From positions 192,001 to 256,000 of the forward strand of contig CAXXDQ010000007.1 of assembly GCA_963664325.2 (NCBI GenBank): 64,000 nucleotides of DNA, written 5' to 3'. This document shows positions 1-9,675 of the stretch, piece by piece. Source of the DNA: Desulfomonilia bacterium. Lineage in GTDB: Bacteria; Desulfobacterota; Desulfomonilia; UBA1062. The notes below the pieces were generated by a model. That model was not told the DNA's origin. It ran no database searches and saw only the letters and a program-made list of their open reading frames with translations. Made by a program: the position numbers and the translations under genes. Positions within the stretch are counted from its first letter, which is position 1. The number at the start of each line of letters is the position of its first letter.

Positions 1-411
1 CCTGGAAAGAGGTACAAGGATCATCATTATGACTGCAAATATCCAGAGCCACTTCTTTTTCATTGCCGTCGCGAAATAACCCCAGACTACAACCGAACCC
101 TGTGTATGGCCGCTTGGAAATCCTCCGCCTCCTGCCTGCTGTATTGCCCTGACCCTGCTGTCATACTGGTAGGGGCGTTTATCACCGGCAATGACCTTGG
201 CAAAGGAATTAATCCATGCGGAAAAAAGGAAAAGGATAAGCAGCCTTGCACCCGCCGATCTGCTGATGCTCCAGTAGATCAAGGGCAGGAAAATCAGAAA
301 AAACAGTTCTTCTCCGCAGAATGTTATGGCCTTGAAAGGCAGATCAAGCGTGGGGCTGAACTTCTGAAGCCATAAGTTTATGTCGACACCGAAACTGAGA
401 AATTCATTCAT
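1..411 (-). CDS. PAP2-family membrane phosphatase (3' end runs off the window)
   Basis: Not in the ORF track. Manual translation from ATG 411: MNEFLSFGVD...AKVIAGDKRP...FPSGHT...LSR, matching PAP2 motifs KxxxxxxRP, PSGH and the start of SRxxxxxH. GGGGAG RBS upstream. Confidence 0.88.
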   Translation of the reverse strand, partial: MNEFLSFGVDINLWLQKFSPTLDLPFKAITFCGEELFFLIFLPLIYWSISRSAGARLLILFLFSAWINSFAKVIAGDKRPYQYDSRVRAIQQAGGGGFPSGHTQGSVVVWGYFATAMKKKWLWIFAVIMMILVPLSR

Positions 412-434
412 GTTTTACTCCCCATTTTTATCTG

Positions 435-1715
435 TTATGGAAGTTCCTCGATAAACAAATCAAGAAACAATCCTATTTTTGCCTTTTCCGCTGGAATCAT
501 GGGTACCCCTGCCGAAACGGTTATTTCTCCCCTGTAGCTTGAAAATGCCGGACTGAATCCCGGTGTCATGGCAATAGGAGTGAGGATCCAGGCTTTGACC
601 GGCGCCCTGTCGAAAGTGAGTTTTTCTTCATCAATCGAACTGTAGTTTGAAATCTGACTCGGTGTATTACCTGATCTTATTCCATAAGGCACCAATTTTG
701 ACCATATTAATTTTGTCCAGGCATAAGGGATTGAAGAAAATAACATAACCCCTAAAGCCTGATTTAGTCCGAAGAAGTTGCTCTTACGTTTTCTGATTAT
801 TCCGTTTATAACTGCCACCGTCTCTTCAAGATTGCCGTTAAAAGGCGTGTCAATTTTTATTAATTCAAAACCGCTGAGACTGCATATGTTTTCAGCAGAC
901 CCCTTCAGAGACCATATCCTGTGGTCAACCGTAAAGGCTGTCCTTACTGAGCATCCGGGTTTTAGTATCTGGAATCTTAAAAGGGCCTTATTAAAAGCTG
1001 CCAGAAAGACATCGTTAAGGGTCGCGTCATGTTTTTTCCCGTATGATAATATACCCGACACTCGTTCGGCCGGGATATTCTTTCTTATGAATTCAAACGG
1101 TCTTAAAGGGACTTCTTTTAATGGCAGGGTGTGTGTGAACCTGGGCACGATAAGATTCTTCATTTCAATTAGGCAGTTCAAAAATATTTTGGGATATGCC
1201 AGCAGGGGAAGCTGCCTGAAAACCTGGTCAAAGCCGCGTGAGCCGTCAACCTCAGCAGGGACGTAACTCCTGTCAGATTCAAGCCTGCGGTAGATTCCGG
1301 CAACAGCTGCGGTCAGTTCTTTTAGGCCACCCACATCGCAAAAGACATGAGATGCCTTTATCGCAAAACGATCGCCATCAGGCGCTTCATCAAGGAAAGC
1401 ATGAATCAGTGGTCCGGTTTCAGGGTATACCGGTTCATTGATGAAGGCATGATATTCTTCAGCAGAGCCTGTCCTGAGAATTTCCTGAACCTCGGGCAGT
1501 GTTTCAAAATATGGTTTCTTTTTATCCTCGACAAACCTGCAGCCGGCTATCGGATATTTGACAAGGATAAGTTCAAGCGACCTTCTGAGCCGTTGCCTGT
1601 CAAGATTGCAATCAAACTTCATCTCGATCTGTATAAGGTTCTCGAAAATATGTTCACTGTTTAATATGAACATGACTGAATCTGCAGTTTCAGCGTGATA
1701 TCTTTTTGTTCTCAC
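435..1715 (-). CDS. Stand-alone condensation-domain / CoA-dependent acyltransferase family protein
   Basis: SHVFCDVGG resembles the HHxxxDG motif. ATLNDVFLAA and a late SNY segment are typical of condensation/WS-DGAT/AATase folds. Confidence 0.7.
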   Translation of the reverse strand: MRTKRYHAETADSVMFILNSEHIFENLIQIEMKFDCNLDRQRLRRSLELILVKYPIAGCRFVEDKKKPYFETLPEVQEILRTGSAEEYHAFINEPVYPETGPLIHAFLDEAPDGDRFAIKASHVFCDVGGLKELTAAVAGIYRRLESDRSYVPAEVDGSRGFDQVFRQLPLLAYPKIFLNCLIEMKNLIVPRFTHTLPLKEVPLRPFEFIRKNIPAERVSGILSYGKKHDATLNDVFLAAFNKALLRFQILKPGCSVRTAFTVDHRIWSLKGSAENICSLSGFELIKIDTPFNGNLEETVAVINGIIRKRKSNFFGLNQALGVMLFSSIPYAWTKLIWSKLVPYGIRSGNTPSQISNYSSIDEEKLTFDRAPVKAWILTPIAMTPGFSPAFSSYRGEITVSAGVPMIPAEKAKIGLFLDLFIEELP

Positions 1716-1918
1716 TGATACCGTTTAACAGCACCCGGGAAAATAAGTAAAGCCGGATGTTTATATGCCGGAAGCGCACATGCATTATCCGGAAGAATAT
1801 AAAAATCCCGTGCGATTCAGTATGGACAGAAATACCTCTTTATACTAATAATTATTCCCCCGGTGTCTGGTGATCGTCTGACATTTCCGGGCGCAATTAA
1901 ATTTATTCGGAGGATAAC

Positions 1919-3619
1919 ATGGCAAAGAAGAATCCCGAACTCTATCACGAGCAATACCGCAAGCTTCTGTCAAACCAGGCGGACTATGTTGAAAAACATG
2001 CAAAGAGCAAACCTGGTGATATTGCGATCATTGAACATAACACCGGTGAAAAAATAACGTGGAAGCAGTTTAACACATCGGTATCTGCTTTTGCTGCAAA
2101 ACTTCTGTCAATAGGTATAAGGAAGGGGGATATTGTCGCCACTTCCCTGCCATTGTTAAAAGAGCACGTTTATTTGATCTATGCCTGCTACCGCATAGGG
2201 GCGATTGTAGCGCCGCTCGACCTCAGGCTGAAGGCGAAAGAAATCCAGTACTGCATGGACAAGATGAAACCCAAGGCCTATTTTTTCCTGGGCAAGACGC
2301 CCATTGCCGATTTCAGGCCTATGATTGCAGAAGTCATGAAGAACTCGCCCTTTATCAGGCACTGGGTCCAGTTCCAGAAGGAACAGGACATGATAATGGA
2401 GGGGGCTGTAGGCATTACTGAATTTGTGAAAGACATAAAAGCGGTTTATATAAAAAGTCTTATTTTAGGAAGAGTCAAGAAGGCAAGAAAGCTTGTCAGT
2501 AACAGAGATGCATGCCTTATAATTTTCACTACAGGGTCAACCGGGTCACCGAAACCTGCTCTTCTCTGCCATGAAAACATACTGATTCAGAATATAGGCC
2601 TTGCCATATCCTTTGAACTTCAGGAAGGCGACAAAATGCTCATCAACCTCCCGCCGTCCCATGTCGGGTGCATAACGGAGCAGCTTGCAACGACCATATT
2701 CGGCGGGGGGGTAAGTATAATCCTCCATATTTTTGACCCGGTCAAAAGCCTTGAGGCGGTGCAGGAGCACAAGATAAATAACTTGGGCCAGATACCTGCG
2801 CTCTTTAACATGGAGTGGAGACTTCCCGACTACAGCAAGTATGATCTCTCATCACTCAAGTTTGCAATATACGGCGGTCAGGCGGTCACCCGTGAATTCC
2901 TCGAAAAGATGTCAAAGATGGCCTCCCGTATAGGAACCGGACTCGGCCTTACCGAGACAGCGGGCTTCTGCACGTATACCGATGTAAATGCGGGTGTGGA
3001 CGACCTTGTAAAAGGAATAGGATTTGACATGCCTTTATGCCCGATATCGATCCGGGAACCGATGCAGGCGGACGGTGAGGCCGGAAAGGAAAAAGCCAAA
3101 GGCGAAGTCGGTGAGATATGCTTCTCCGGACCCCAGATATTCCTTGGCTATCTCGGAGATGAGGAAAACACACGTAAGACAGTTTCAAAAGATAGAGTCT
3201 GCTATACCGGAGACCTCGGCTATTATGATGCCGACGGCCTGCATTTTGCCGGCCGGTCGAAACTTGTCATAAAACCAAAAGGATACCAGGTCTTCCCGGA
3301 TGACATTGAAAGCCATATTTCAGGCAGGCTTAAGGGAAGGGTAGGCGCAATAGCCGTGATCGGAGTTGAGCATAATATCTTCAGCGAGGGGATCATGGTG
3401 TTTGCCGAAAATATCGACAGTGCGAGCGCAATAACTCCAGATGATGTTTTAAAGGCATGCGATGACATAGCGTCATATTCAAGACCGTCCCATGTGGAAG
3501 TGATCAACCAGGGTGAAATGCCTTTAAACAGGGTGGCAAAAACGGATTATATGGAGCTCAAGAAAAAAGCGAAAGAGATAGTTGAAAAGCTGCGTTCACA
3601 GGGCAAGTGGGACGTCTGA
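1919..3619 (+). CDS. Class I adenylate-forming enzyme (acyl-CoA ligase-like)
   Basis: FTTGSTGSPK P-loop, GLGLTET, YTGDLG and a terminal Lys (RVAKTD). GGAGG RBS. Confidence 0.9.
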   Translation: MAKKNPELYHEQYRKLLSNQADYVEKHAKSKPGDIAIIEHNTGEKITWKQFNTSVSAFAAKLLSIGIRKGDIVATSLPLLKEHVYLIYACYRIGAIVAPLDLRLKAKEIQYCMDKMKPKAYFFLGKTPIADFRPMIAEVMKNSPFIRHWVQFQKEQDMIMEGAVGITEFVKDIKAVYIKSLILGRVKKARKLVSNRDACLIIFTTGSTGSPKPALLCHENILIQNIGLAISFELQEGDKMLINLPPSHVGCITEQLATTIFGGGVSIILHIFDPVKSLEAVQEHKINNLGQIPALFNMEWRLPDYSKYDLSSLKFAIYGGQAVTREFLEKMSKMASRIGTGLGLTETAGFCTYTDVNAGVDDLVKGIGFDMPLCPISIREPMQADGEAGKEKAKGEVGEICFSGPQIFLGYLGDEENTRKTVSKDRVCYTGDLGYYDADGLHFAGRSKLVIKPKGYQVFPDDIESHISGRLKGRVGAIAVIGVEHNIFSEGIMVFAENIDSASAITPDDVLKACDDIASYSRPSHVEVINQGEMPLNRVAKTDYMELKKKAKEIVEKLRSQGKWDV

Positions 3620-3626
3620 GATTTTT

Positions 3627-3664
3627 AAAAAAGGGATAGCCATCCATCCGGCTGTCCCTTTTTT
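3627..3664. terminator. Bidirectional intrinsic terminator
   Basis: AAAAAAGGGATAGCC-loop-GGCTGTCCCTTTTTT between convergent genes. Confidence 0.85.
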
Positions 3665-3708
3665 CGCACTATATATTTTGGAATAAACACATCTAAGGCT
3701 GAACCAGG

Positions 3709-5301
3709 TTATTTGGGGAAGACCCCGTCAAATATTTGCGATTTATTCACTTCACCGATATTACTCAGTATGAAATCAGATGAGCTGTATATCTTTGCTC
3801 CCGACGATGTTGTCTTTTTAATGCCGACAAACAGCGACTTGAACTCTCCCGGCAAATCGGATGATGTGCCTATTCCATGCATATTGAGCGGTTTGCTGAA
3901 TGTGTATGATGCAATTTCAGTCCAGGTCCTGCCGTCAAAAGAACCTGATGCGGAAAATGTCCTGCATCCGTTCGATATGTCAAGGCGGACAAATGGCGCA
4001 TCATGCCAGGGGATGCCTGAAGGGGTTGCTTCAAAGCCCGGAACAAGTCTGGGCAGCCTGTATCCCCCGGTGCGTATAAGAACGGATAGCGGAAGCAGCG
4101 ATGAAGGCCTGATAATTGCGAAATAAGGAGAATATGGAGAAGAGCTTTCTCTCGCCATGATAAATGCATTTGCGCCCGAATGCGTGAAGCTGTCAGGCAC
4201 TGAAATTATGCAGGACCAGCTTGAGTCTTCATCAGGGGCTTCTTCGTAAAGATAGGTGAATGAATCCGAAAAACAGATGCCGAGTCCCCGGGAATCGGAT
4301 ATCATTCCTATTGTATCCGACTTTTCGGCATACCCAGCAGGTATCCTTTCAGGGTTGTCGATGCATTCGAAGGGATATCCCGCTGCATTAAAGGTGTTGC
4401 TCCAGGGATACTTGATGTAATTTATCTCGTTGATGGCTATCAGGTTCGCCTTCTGGTTTTCCGCATCGGCAAACATCTCTGCACTGTCCGCATAGTAGAC
4501 GCGGCTTACATATCCGGCGTTATAGACCCTTGCGGGTTCGGGATCGTTCTCCTTGTACTCCATATTGAAGAAGACGGAGTCCGCATCATCAAACCCGCCG
4601 GTCACGAAACAAATCATATTTTGGGCATCTTTCCTGTTTTCGCCTGCATATGAACCTTCTGTAGGGACGAATATGAATTTACCCCGAAGTTCATCAAGAT
4701 AAGGCCATCCGCACATATTGACGGATTCCTTGAGCGTTGATGCCTCAGGGCACCTGAGCATAAGATCTGCCGGGGTAAGTATCCATTCCTTCGGTATGTA
4801 AGAGGTGATAAGGGCGTCAAAATCCTTTGGCGTGTGCTTTGCGTCAAAGGTTATATCAAAAAAAACGGTTACGACCTCGTGGTCCGGTATTGCCTCATGA
4901 AAGCCTTTAAGCTGGGAGAGCGCCTGGGAGAAGAGTTTGAAGTTTGTATGCATATCGGCTACATGGTGGTAGACAAGCCAGTCGCCGTCAGGCGCCGCCT
5001 GGAGCTTTAACACAGGCTCTCCATAATTGGTGTGAAGATCATATTCTATGGTTCGCACCCTGTGGTAAATGAGCTGGTCAAGTATGCTCTCATCACGCTG
5101 ATAGGCGTTATGGGAGGCCTTCTGCCTGACCTCGTTATATCTTACATCGATTGACGGTTCCTGTTCTCCTGCTGTTTGAGCAATGGTTTGATTCTCCGCG
5201 TAGATTATAGGGTCATTGATGGTCTTGGTGGATTCCGTCGAGGAACAGCCCGATATTAATAAAAACATGGCCGGAAAAAATATTATAACAAACCTTTTCA
5301 T
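3709..5301 (-). CDS. Lipoprotein with PI-PLC-like phosphodiesterase domain and C-terminal beta-sandwich domain
   Basis: Lipobox LISGC. KASHNAY, RTIEYDLH, VYHH and GWPYLDELRGKFIF are typical of Ca-dependent PI-PLC-like proteins. The C-terminal ASGSFDGRTWTEI region is ConA/lectin-like. Confidence 0.7.
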   Translation of the reverse strand: MKRFVIIFFPAMFLLISGCSSTESTKTINDPIIYAENQTIAQTAGEQEPSIDVRYNEVRQKASHNAYQRDESILDQLIYHRVRTIEYDLHTNYGEPVLKLQAAPDGDWLVYHHVADMHTNFKLFSQALSQLKGFHEAIPDHEVVTVFFDITFDAKHTPKDFDALITSYIPKEWILTPADLMLRCPEASTLKESVNMCGWPYLDELRGKFIFVPTEGSYAGENRKDAQNMICFVTGGFDDADSVFFNMEYKENDPEPARVYNAGYVSRVYYADSAEMFADAENQKANLIAINEINYIKYPWSNTFNAAGYPFECIDNPERIPAGYAEKSDTIGMISDSRGLGICFSDSFTYLYEEAPDEDSSWSCIISVPDSFTHSGANAFIMARESSSPYSPYFAIIRPSSLLPLSVLIRTGGYRLPRLVPGFEATPSGIPWHDAPFVRLDISNGCRTFSASGSFDGRTWTEIASYTFSKPLNMHGIGTSSDLPGEFKSLFVGIKKTTSSGAKIYSSSDFILSNIGEVNKSQIFDGVFPK

Positions 5302-5339
5302 ATCGATCTCCGAACTGTCTGGGATTTATTAGATTTACC

Positions 5340-5355
5340 AGCAATCACTGTGCCA
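5340..5355 (-). promoter_or_regulatory. sigma54 (-24/-12) promoter of the PI-PLC-like lipoprotein
   Basis: Minus strand reads TGGCACAGTGATTGCT, matching TGGCACRNNNNTTGCW, about 40 nt upstream of the start. Confidence 0.8.
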
Positions 5356-5479
5356 GCAAAGTCAAATAAACAACCTCATGTAATAATGGAAAGTATTCAC
5401 ATGTTAAGCAGTCGGTCTGCAAATCAGGGAGAAACTGTTTCCATTAATAAAGCATGAAACTTCCACTATTCATGACCTG

Positions 5480-6400
5480 TCACAATCTCCTGAATTTGAA
5501 GTAGGATATCACAATCCCCACAGAGACTATTGCCGTTGCCATGATAAACCAGAAGGCCAAAGGATGGTCGTGGGGGATGGGCATTTTTACGTTCATTGAG
5601 AAAATGCTGACAACAAGTGTAGGAATCATTATGCCGATAGTGATAAGGGTGAGCGTTTTCATCAGGATGTTGAGGTTATTGCTTACTATGGAAACCCTGG
5701 CATCCATGAGGCCTGCGAGAATGTTCGAGTAGATTTCGGCCTGTCTGAAGCACTGGTTGTTTTCAACCAGTATGTCATCCAGGAATTCGGCTTCCTCAGT
5801 CACAAACCCTATTTTTGAGGATGAGTTTTTGATTTTTTCGATAACAACCGTATTGGAATGAATTGCATTGAGATAATAGACAAGGCTTTTTTCCAGTGTG
5901 AACAGGTTGATGAGATATTTGTTCTCCATGGATTCGTTTATTTTGTCTTCGATCTCATCCGTCAGCATGTTTATTATTTTGAGGTGCTCCATGAAGTGAT
6001 ATGCGCTCCTGTTCAATATTTTCAAGAAAAGGCTCCTGAGTGAAGTGACCTTCATGAACTGCTTGCCTTCGAAAAGCGAGACATCTTCTGAAACAACTAT
6101 TACCAGCCTGTCCTCGAACAGGAACGCGCCGGTTGAGGCCACCCTGAACAGCAGCTGGTCATTTCCGGAATAGCTCTTGGGCATTTTAAAGATTACAGCA
6201 AGGTGGTTCGGTTCAAATTCGAGACGGGAGATTTCATCAGGATCGAGTGCGGAATTGAGTGTGTGTTCATCAACCTTGAGTTCATCTATAAGATAACGTT
6301 TTTCCTCGGGGTCAGGATTGATAAATACCTGAATACGGCAATCTCTTGTTGTCTCACCGTTTGTAATTTTACATTCACTGAGCTGGTATCCTTTCATCAT
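5480..6400 (-). CDS. corA: CorA-family magnesium transporter
   Basis: ALDPDEISRLE, NNLNILMKTLT, PTLVVSIFSMNV (SMN variant of the GMN motif), two C-terminal TM helices. Confidence 0.88.
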   Translation of the reverse strand: MMKGYQLSECKITNGETTRDCRIQVFINPDPEEKRYLIDELKVDEHTLNSALDPDEISRLEFEPNHLAVIFKMPKSYSGNDQLLFRVASTGAFLFEDRLVIVVSEDVSLFEGKQFMKVTSLRSLFLKILNRSAYHFMEHLKIINMLTDEIEDKINESMENKYLINLFTLEKSLVYYLNAIHSNTVVIEKIKNSSSKIGFVTEEAEFLDDILVENNQCFRQAEIYSNILAGLMDARVSIVSNNLNILMKTLTLITIGIMIPTLVVSIFSMNVKMPIPHDHPLAFWFIMATAIVSVGIVISYFKFRRL

Positions 6401-6517
6401 GGCAAGCCACCCATATGTTATTTTTTTTGGATTGACTCTTTACCAGGCTTGCTTTCGGGCCGGCACGGTCATCCTTCCCCACCCCGGGACAAGGATTTCC
6501 CATGCCTGGGGTGCAAC

Positions 6518-6556
6518 TCACATGCATCTATTACCGGTACTGTCTTCGTTATCCAT
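6518..6556 (-). promoter_or_regulatory. Putative leader uORF (MDNEDSTGNRCM) upstream of corA
   Basis: 13-codon ORF immediately followed by a long GC hairpin (CACCCC...GGGGTG, about 6480-6513), about 120 nt upstream of corA. Confidence 0.45.
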
Positions 6557-6867
6557 AATGTGGCTTGGCTAGCACAAGATGATAATGGAAGTCAAAGAAA
6601 AGATGGCATAAAAAATAAAAATATTTGATTAAAAGATCATATTGAAAATATAACCGGCAGCAAGAATTCCTGCTGAAATAACCCCGATGAAAACGGCAAT
6701 AAGACCCGGTTTGAGGACTTTATTAAGTTTTGTACTGGGGTAGGCTCCGCCGTGGCATTTATTATATATGAATTCCTCCTAAGACATGCAGTTTCAAATT
6801 GCGGCCGGTTTCTTTGGAAACATTACCGGCCTGTTCACATCCGGGGCAAATCAGGTTTTTATACTGT

Positions 6868-7926
6868 TCAGCCACTCACAGCTCCCGGGAAATATTTTTT
6901 ACCAAGCTTCAAGGCTACCACCACAAGGCCTATCATTACAGGCACTTCGACAAGAGGCCCGATAACGGCCGCAAACGCCGCTCCATGGCTGATTCCGAAG
7001 GTTGCTATGGCCACGGCGATGGCCAGCTCGAAATTGTTGGACGCTGCTGTGAAGCTGAGTGTCGTGGCCTGGCCGTAAGTTGCATGAACCTTTCCGCTCA
7101 TGAAGAATGATATGAAAAACATCAGGACAAAATATATCAGCAGAGGGATTGCAATTCTCAGAACATCAAGCGGCAGGCTGATTATATACTGACCCTTGTA
7201 CGAAAACATCACGACAATTGTAAACAGCAGTGCAATGAGCGTTACCGGGCTGATTTTAGGTATGAACTTTTCATGATACCATTTCCTGTCTTTGATATGA
7301 ATCAGTGTGAACCTGGTAATCACGCCTGCAATGAACGGAATGCCGAGATAGATAAATACGCTTTTTGCAATCTGGGCTATGGTTATGCTGACCGCAACTC
7401 CTTTAAGTCCGAAGAATGTCGGCAGAACCGTTATGAAGATATAGGCATAGACCGAGAAAAACAGCACCTGGAAGATCGAATTGAAGGCTACTAGCCCGGC
7501 GCAGTATTCGCTGTCGCCATGAGCAAGGTCATTCCAGACAATGACCATTGCGATGCAGCGGGCAAGGCCGATCATGATGAGGCCTATCATGTACTCCGGT
7601 TTGTCGTGCAGGAAGATGACGGCCAGGGCGAACATCAGGACCGGTCCAATAATCCAGTTCTGAGCAAGTGAAAGACCGAGCACCCTAAAATTCCTGAATA
7701 CCTGGCCCATCTCCTCATAGCGCACCTTGGCCAGAGGCGGATACATCATGAGGATAAGACCGATGGCCAGCGGCAGGTTGGTTGTGCCAACATTGAAACG
7801 GTTCCAGAAAACGCTTACACCGGGGTATATATAACCCATGCCGACGCCCAGTGCCATGGCGACGAAAATCCATATTGTCAGATAACGGTCAAGAAACGAA
7901 AGCCTCTTTGAAATGTGCTCGCTCAT
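6868..7926 (-). CDS. acr3: ACR3-family arsenite efflux transporter
   Basis: [55 protein letters not shown]. Confidence 0.96.
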   Translation of the reverse strand: MSEHISKRLSFLDRYLTIWIFVAMALGVGMGYIYPGVSVFWNRFNVGTTNLPLAIGLILMMYPPLAKVRYEEMGQVFRNFRVLGLSLAQNWIIGPVLMFALAVIFLHDKPEYMIGLIMIGLARCIAMVIVWNDLAHGDSEYCAGLVAFNSIFQVLFFSVYAYIFITVLPTFFGLKGVAVSITIAQIAKSVFIYLGIPFIAGVITRFTLIHIKDRKWYHEKFIPKISPVTLIALLFTIVVMFSYKGQYIISLPLDVLRIAIPLLIYFVLMFFISFFMSGKVHATYGQATTLSFTAASNNFELAIAVAIATFGISHGAAFAAVIGPLVEVPVMIGLVVVALKLGKKYFPGAVSG

Positions 7927-7941
7927 GAATGATCTCCCCTT

Positions 7942-8622
7942 TTAAATTATCTTGATTGTGTACATCAGGGCATAATAGCCACCGACCAGAACGAAGATCG
8001 AACCTGTCGCATACCTGGCCCATTTTTCAAACTGTGTGATGCCTTTGAAAAAGACGCTTATGGATTTTATCCCGAATAAAATAAGAAACGCAAAAAATAT
8101 TACCGGAGCGCCGGTTCCCAGGCCGTACAGGGTCGGGAACACCAAGGGAGAGCGGGCAGCCAGCACGACCGTAATGAGGCTGCCGAAAAAGAGCGCGGCT
8201 GAAACCGGGCAGAAGGCCAGCGAGAAAATGAAGCCATGAAAAAAAGGTCCTGACACCGCGCCTGTACCTGCCAGTTTTATAAACCTTCCGGTATCGGACC
8301 CGGGCATATTGAAACCTATGAACCCGAGCAGGATTATGCCTGTTATAAACAAAATGAATCCTAAAACGGCATTCATGTATTTTTGCAGAAATTTGGCGAT
8401 ATCCGGCACGGATGACAGCCCTGATCTTAACAGCCCTCCGATCACCGCATAGGTGAAAATCAGGCCCAGGGTATATGCAATTCCTGATATGAAGACCCTT
8501 ATCTGGGATGATACAACCTTATCCGTATATGATATGGATGCAATATTCATAGCAAGAGGACAGTGGCTTACCGAGGTAAGAATACCCAGCCAGAGTGCTG
8601 TCCATAAATCCAGGGTGTTCAC
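7942..8622 (-). CDS. arsG: ArsG-family (DsbD/CcdA-like) permease
   Basis: TSVSHCPLAMNIASISY and FSLAFCPVSAALFFGSL with multiple TMs, within an ars operon. GTG start overlaps the upstream stop. Confidence 0.72.
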   Translation of the reverse strand: MNTLDLWTALWLGILTSVSHCPLAMNIASISYTDKVVSSQIRVFISGIAYTLGLIFTYAVIGGLLRSGLSSVPDIAKFLQKYMNAVLGFILFITGIILLGFIGFNMPGSDTGRFIKLAGTGAVSGPFFHGFIFSLAFCPVSAALFFGSLITVVLAARSPLVFPTLYGLGTGAPVIFFAFLILFGIKSISVFFKGITQFEKWARYATGSIFVLVGGYYALMYTIKII

Positions 8623-8937
8623 TTGCCGCCTTTCATGAAATCGCCGGTTTCCTGTCTGATATAAGCCGGGTAGTCATTTTTGTCGCGCACTTTAATCCAT
8701 ATCCTGTCGGGGTTCTTCCATTTTATTTCCTTTCAGTTCTTTACCTCCGAGATAACAACGGACTTTAGGCCTTCAATGCCTCATCCGTGTACTCTTCCAT
8801 TTTGAGACAGGTCGGACATCTGCCTGTTGTGTGGAAACAGTATACAATGGATCTGCGGTCATATTATTTTGCTGTGCCGCACCGGTGCGGAAAGAGGCTG
8901 CCAGTATTAACAGTTTTGAAAGAAAAGGTGTTTTCAT
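8619..8937 (-). pseudogene. arsF: Degraded ArsF-family thioredoxin-like gene
   Basis: Fragments in different frames: MKTPFLSKLLILAA..., IVYCFHTTGRCPTCLKMEEYTDEALKA*, KSVVISEVKN*KEIKWKNPDRIW...GGK*. Shows frameshifts, an apparent internal deletion and a nonsense codon. Confidence 0.75.
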
Positions 8938-8971
8938 TTATTCACCTTGTTTCCCCTATCAGTTTTCTTAT

Positions 8972-9190
8972 TTAATTCGTTTTCAATGCATTTCCTGAAC
9001 TCATCACTTTACCGTCGACCGTAAAGACGGGAGTAGACATGACACCGAAACCCATGATTTCCTTGATATCGGTTACCTTTAAAATTTCGGCCTCGATGCC
9101 GAGCTCTTTGACAGCCGATAACGTATTTTTCTTAAGCATCTGGCATTTGGGGCAGCCGGTACCCAGAACCTGTATCTTTTTCATATTCAA
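8972..9190 (-). CDS. MTH895/ArsE-family small redox-active disulfide protein (probably C-terminally truncated)
   Basis: KIQVLGTGCPKC...GVMSTPVFTVDGKV. TAA at 8972-8974 is followed in frame by IRKLIGETR* (stop 8942). Confidence 0.85.
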   Translation of the reverse strand: MNMKKIQVLGTGCPKCQMLKKNTLSAVKELGIEAEILKVTDIKEIMGFGVMSTPVFTVDGKVMSSGNALKTN

Positions 9191-9510
9191 TCCATCTTAT
9201 TTTTCATGATTGATTCCTGTTTTCTGTGCCTGTCCATGAGGACATTTTCAGCGCATCCTATCGCATCCAGTATGCAGGGCGTTTGAAGGTGATGCATGAC
9301 TCTCATCCCTTCACGTCTTTCACTTACGATGCCCGCCCTTTTGAGCTGTGCAAGATGCCGTGAAACGCTTGACTGGTCAACATCAACCAGGGTGTTCAGA
9401 TCGCAAACGCACATATCCCTCTGCCTGAGGGCATCTACAAGGATTATTCGAATGGGATGAGCCAGGGCCTTTAATATCTCCGATTTGATTTTTGCCTGAT
9501 CAACTGTCAT
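9187..9510 (-). CDS. arsR: ArsR/SmtB-family repressor
   Basis: KALAHPIRI, MCVCDL As-binding motif, QSSVSRHLAQLKRAGIV HTH. Start set at ATG 9510 because the longer ORF spans the promoter. Confidence 0.9.
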   Translation of the reverse strand: MTVDQAKIKSEILKALAHPIRIILVDALRQRDMCVCDLNTLVDVDQSSVSRHLAQLKRAGIVSERREGMRVMHHLQTPCILDAIGCAENVLMDRHRKQESIMKNKMD

Positions 9511-9520
9511 ATATTGGGAA

Positions 9521-9545
9521 TATGCACATATATGCATAAGGTCAA
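9521..9545 (-). promoter_or_regulatory. ars promoter and operator palindrome
   Basis: TTGACC-17nt-TATTCC on the minus strand. The 16/18 palindrome TATGCACATATATGCATA (9521-9538) covers the spacer and the start of the -10. Confidence 0.6.
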
Positions 9546-9675
9546 GACGCAATCGCTAATCGAATGATTTCGTTGACCCGAATCAATGACATTTAAAGGT
9601 CTGGCGGTGTATTCATTGTAATATTGAAACGGCGATATTATAAAAAATGAAAAGAACTCGGAAGGAGAAATTGTT

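Noticed and set aside
106-375. Plus-strand 89-aa ORF and the many other antisense or nested ORFs in the track
   Set aside because: They are shadows of well-supported genes (here the PAP2 gene) and have no recognisable motifs.
8733-8735. In-frame TGA in the arsF-like remnant as selenocysteine
   Set aside because: It falls where Gly (GGA) is expected, away from the CxxC, in a gene with other lesions. No SECIS-like stem is evident.
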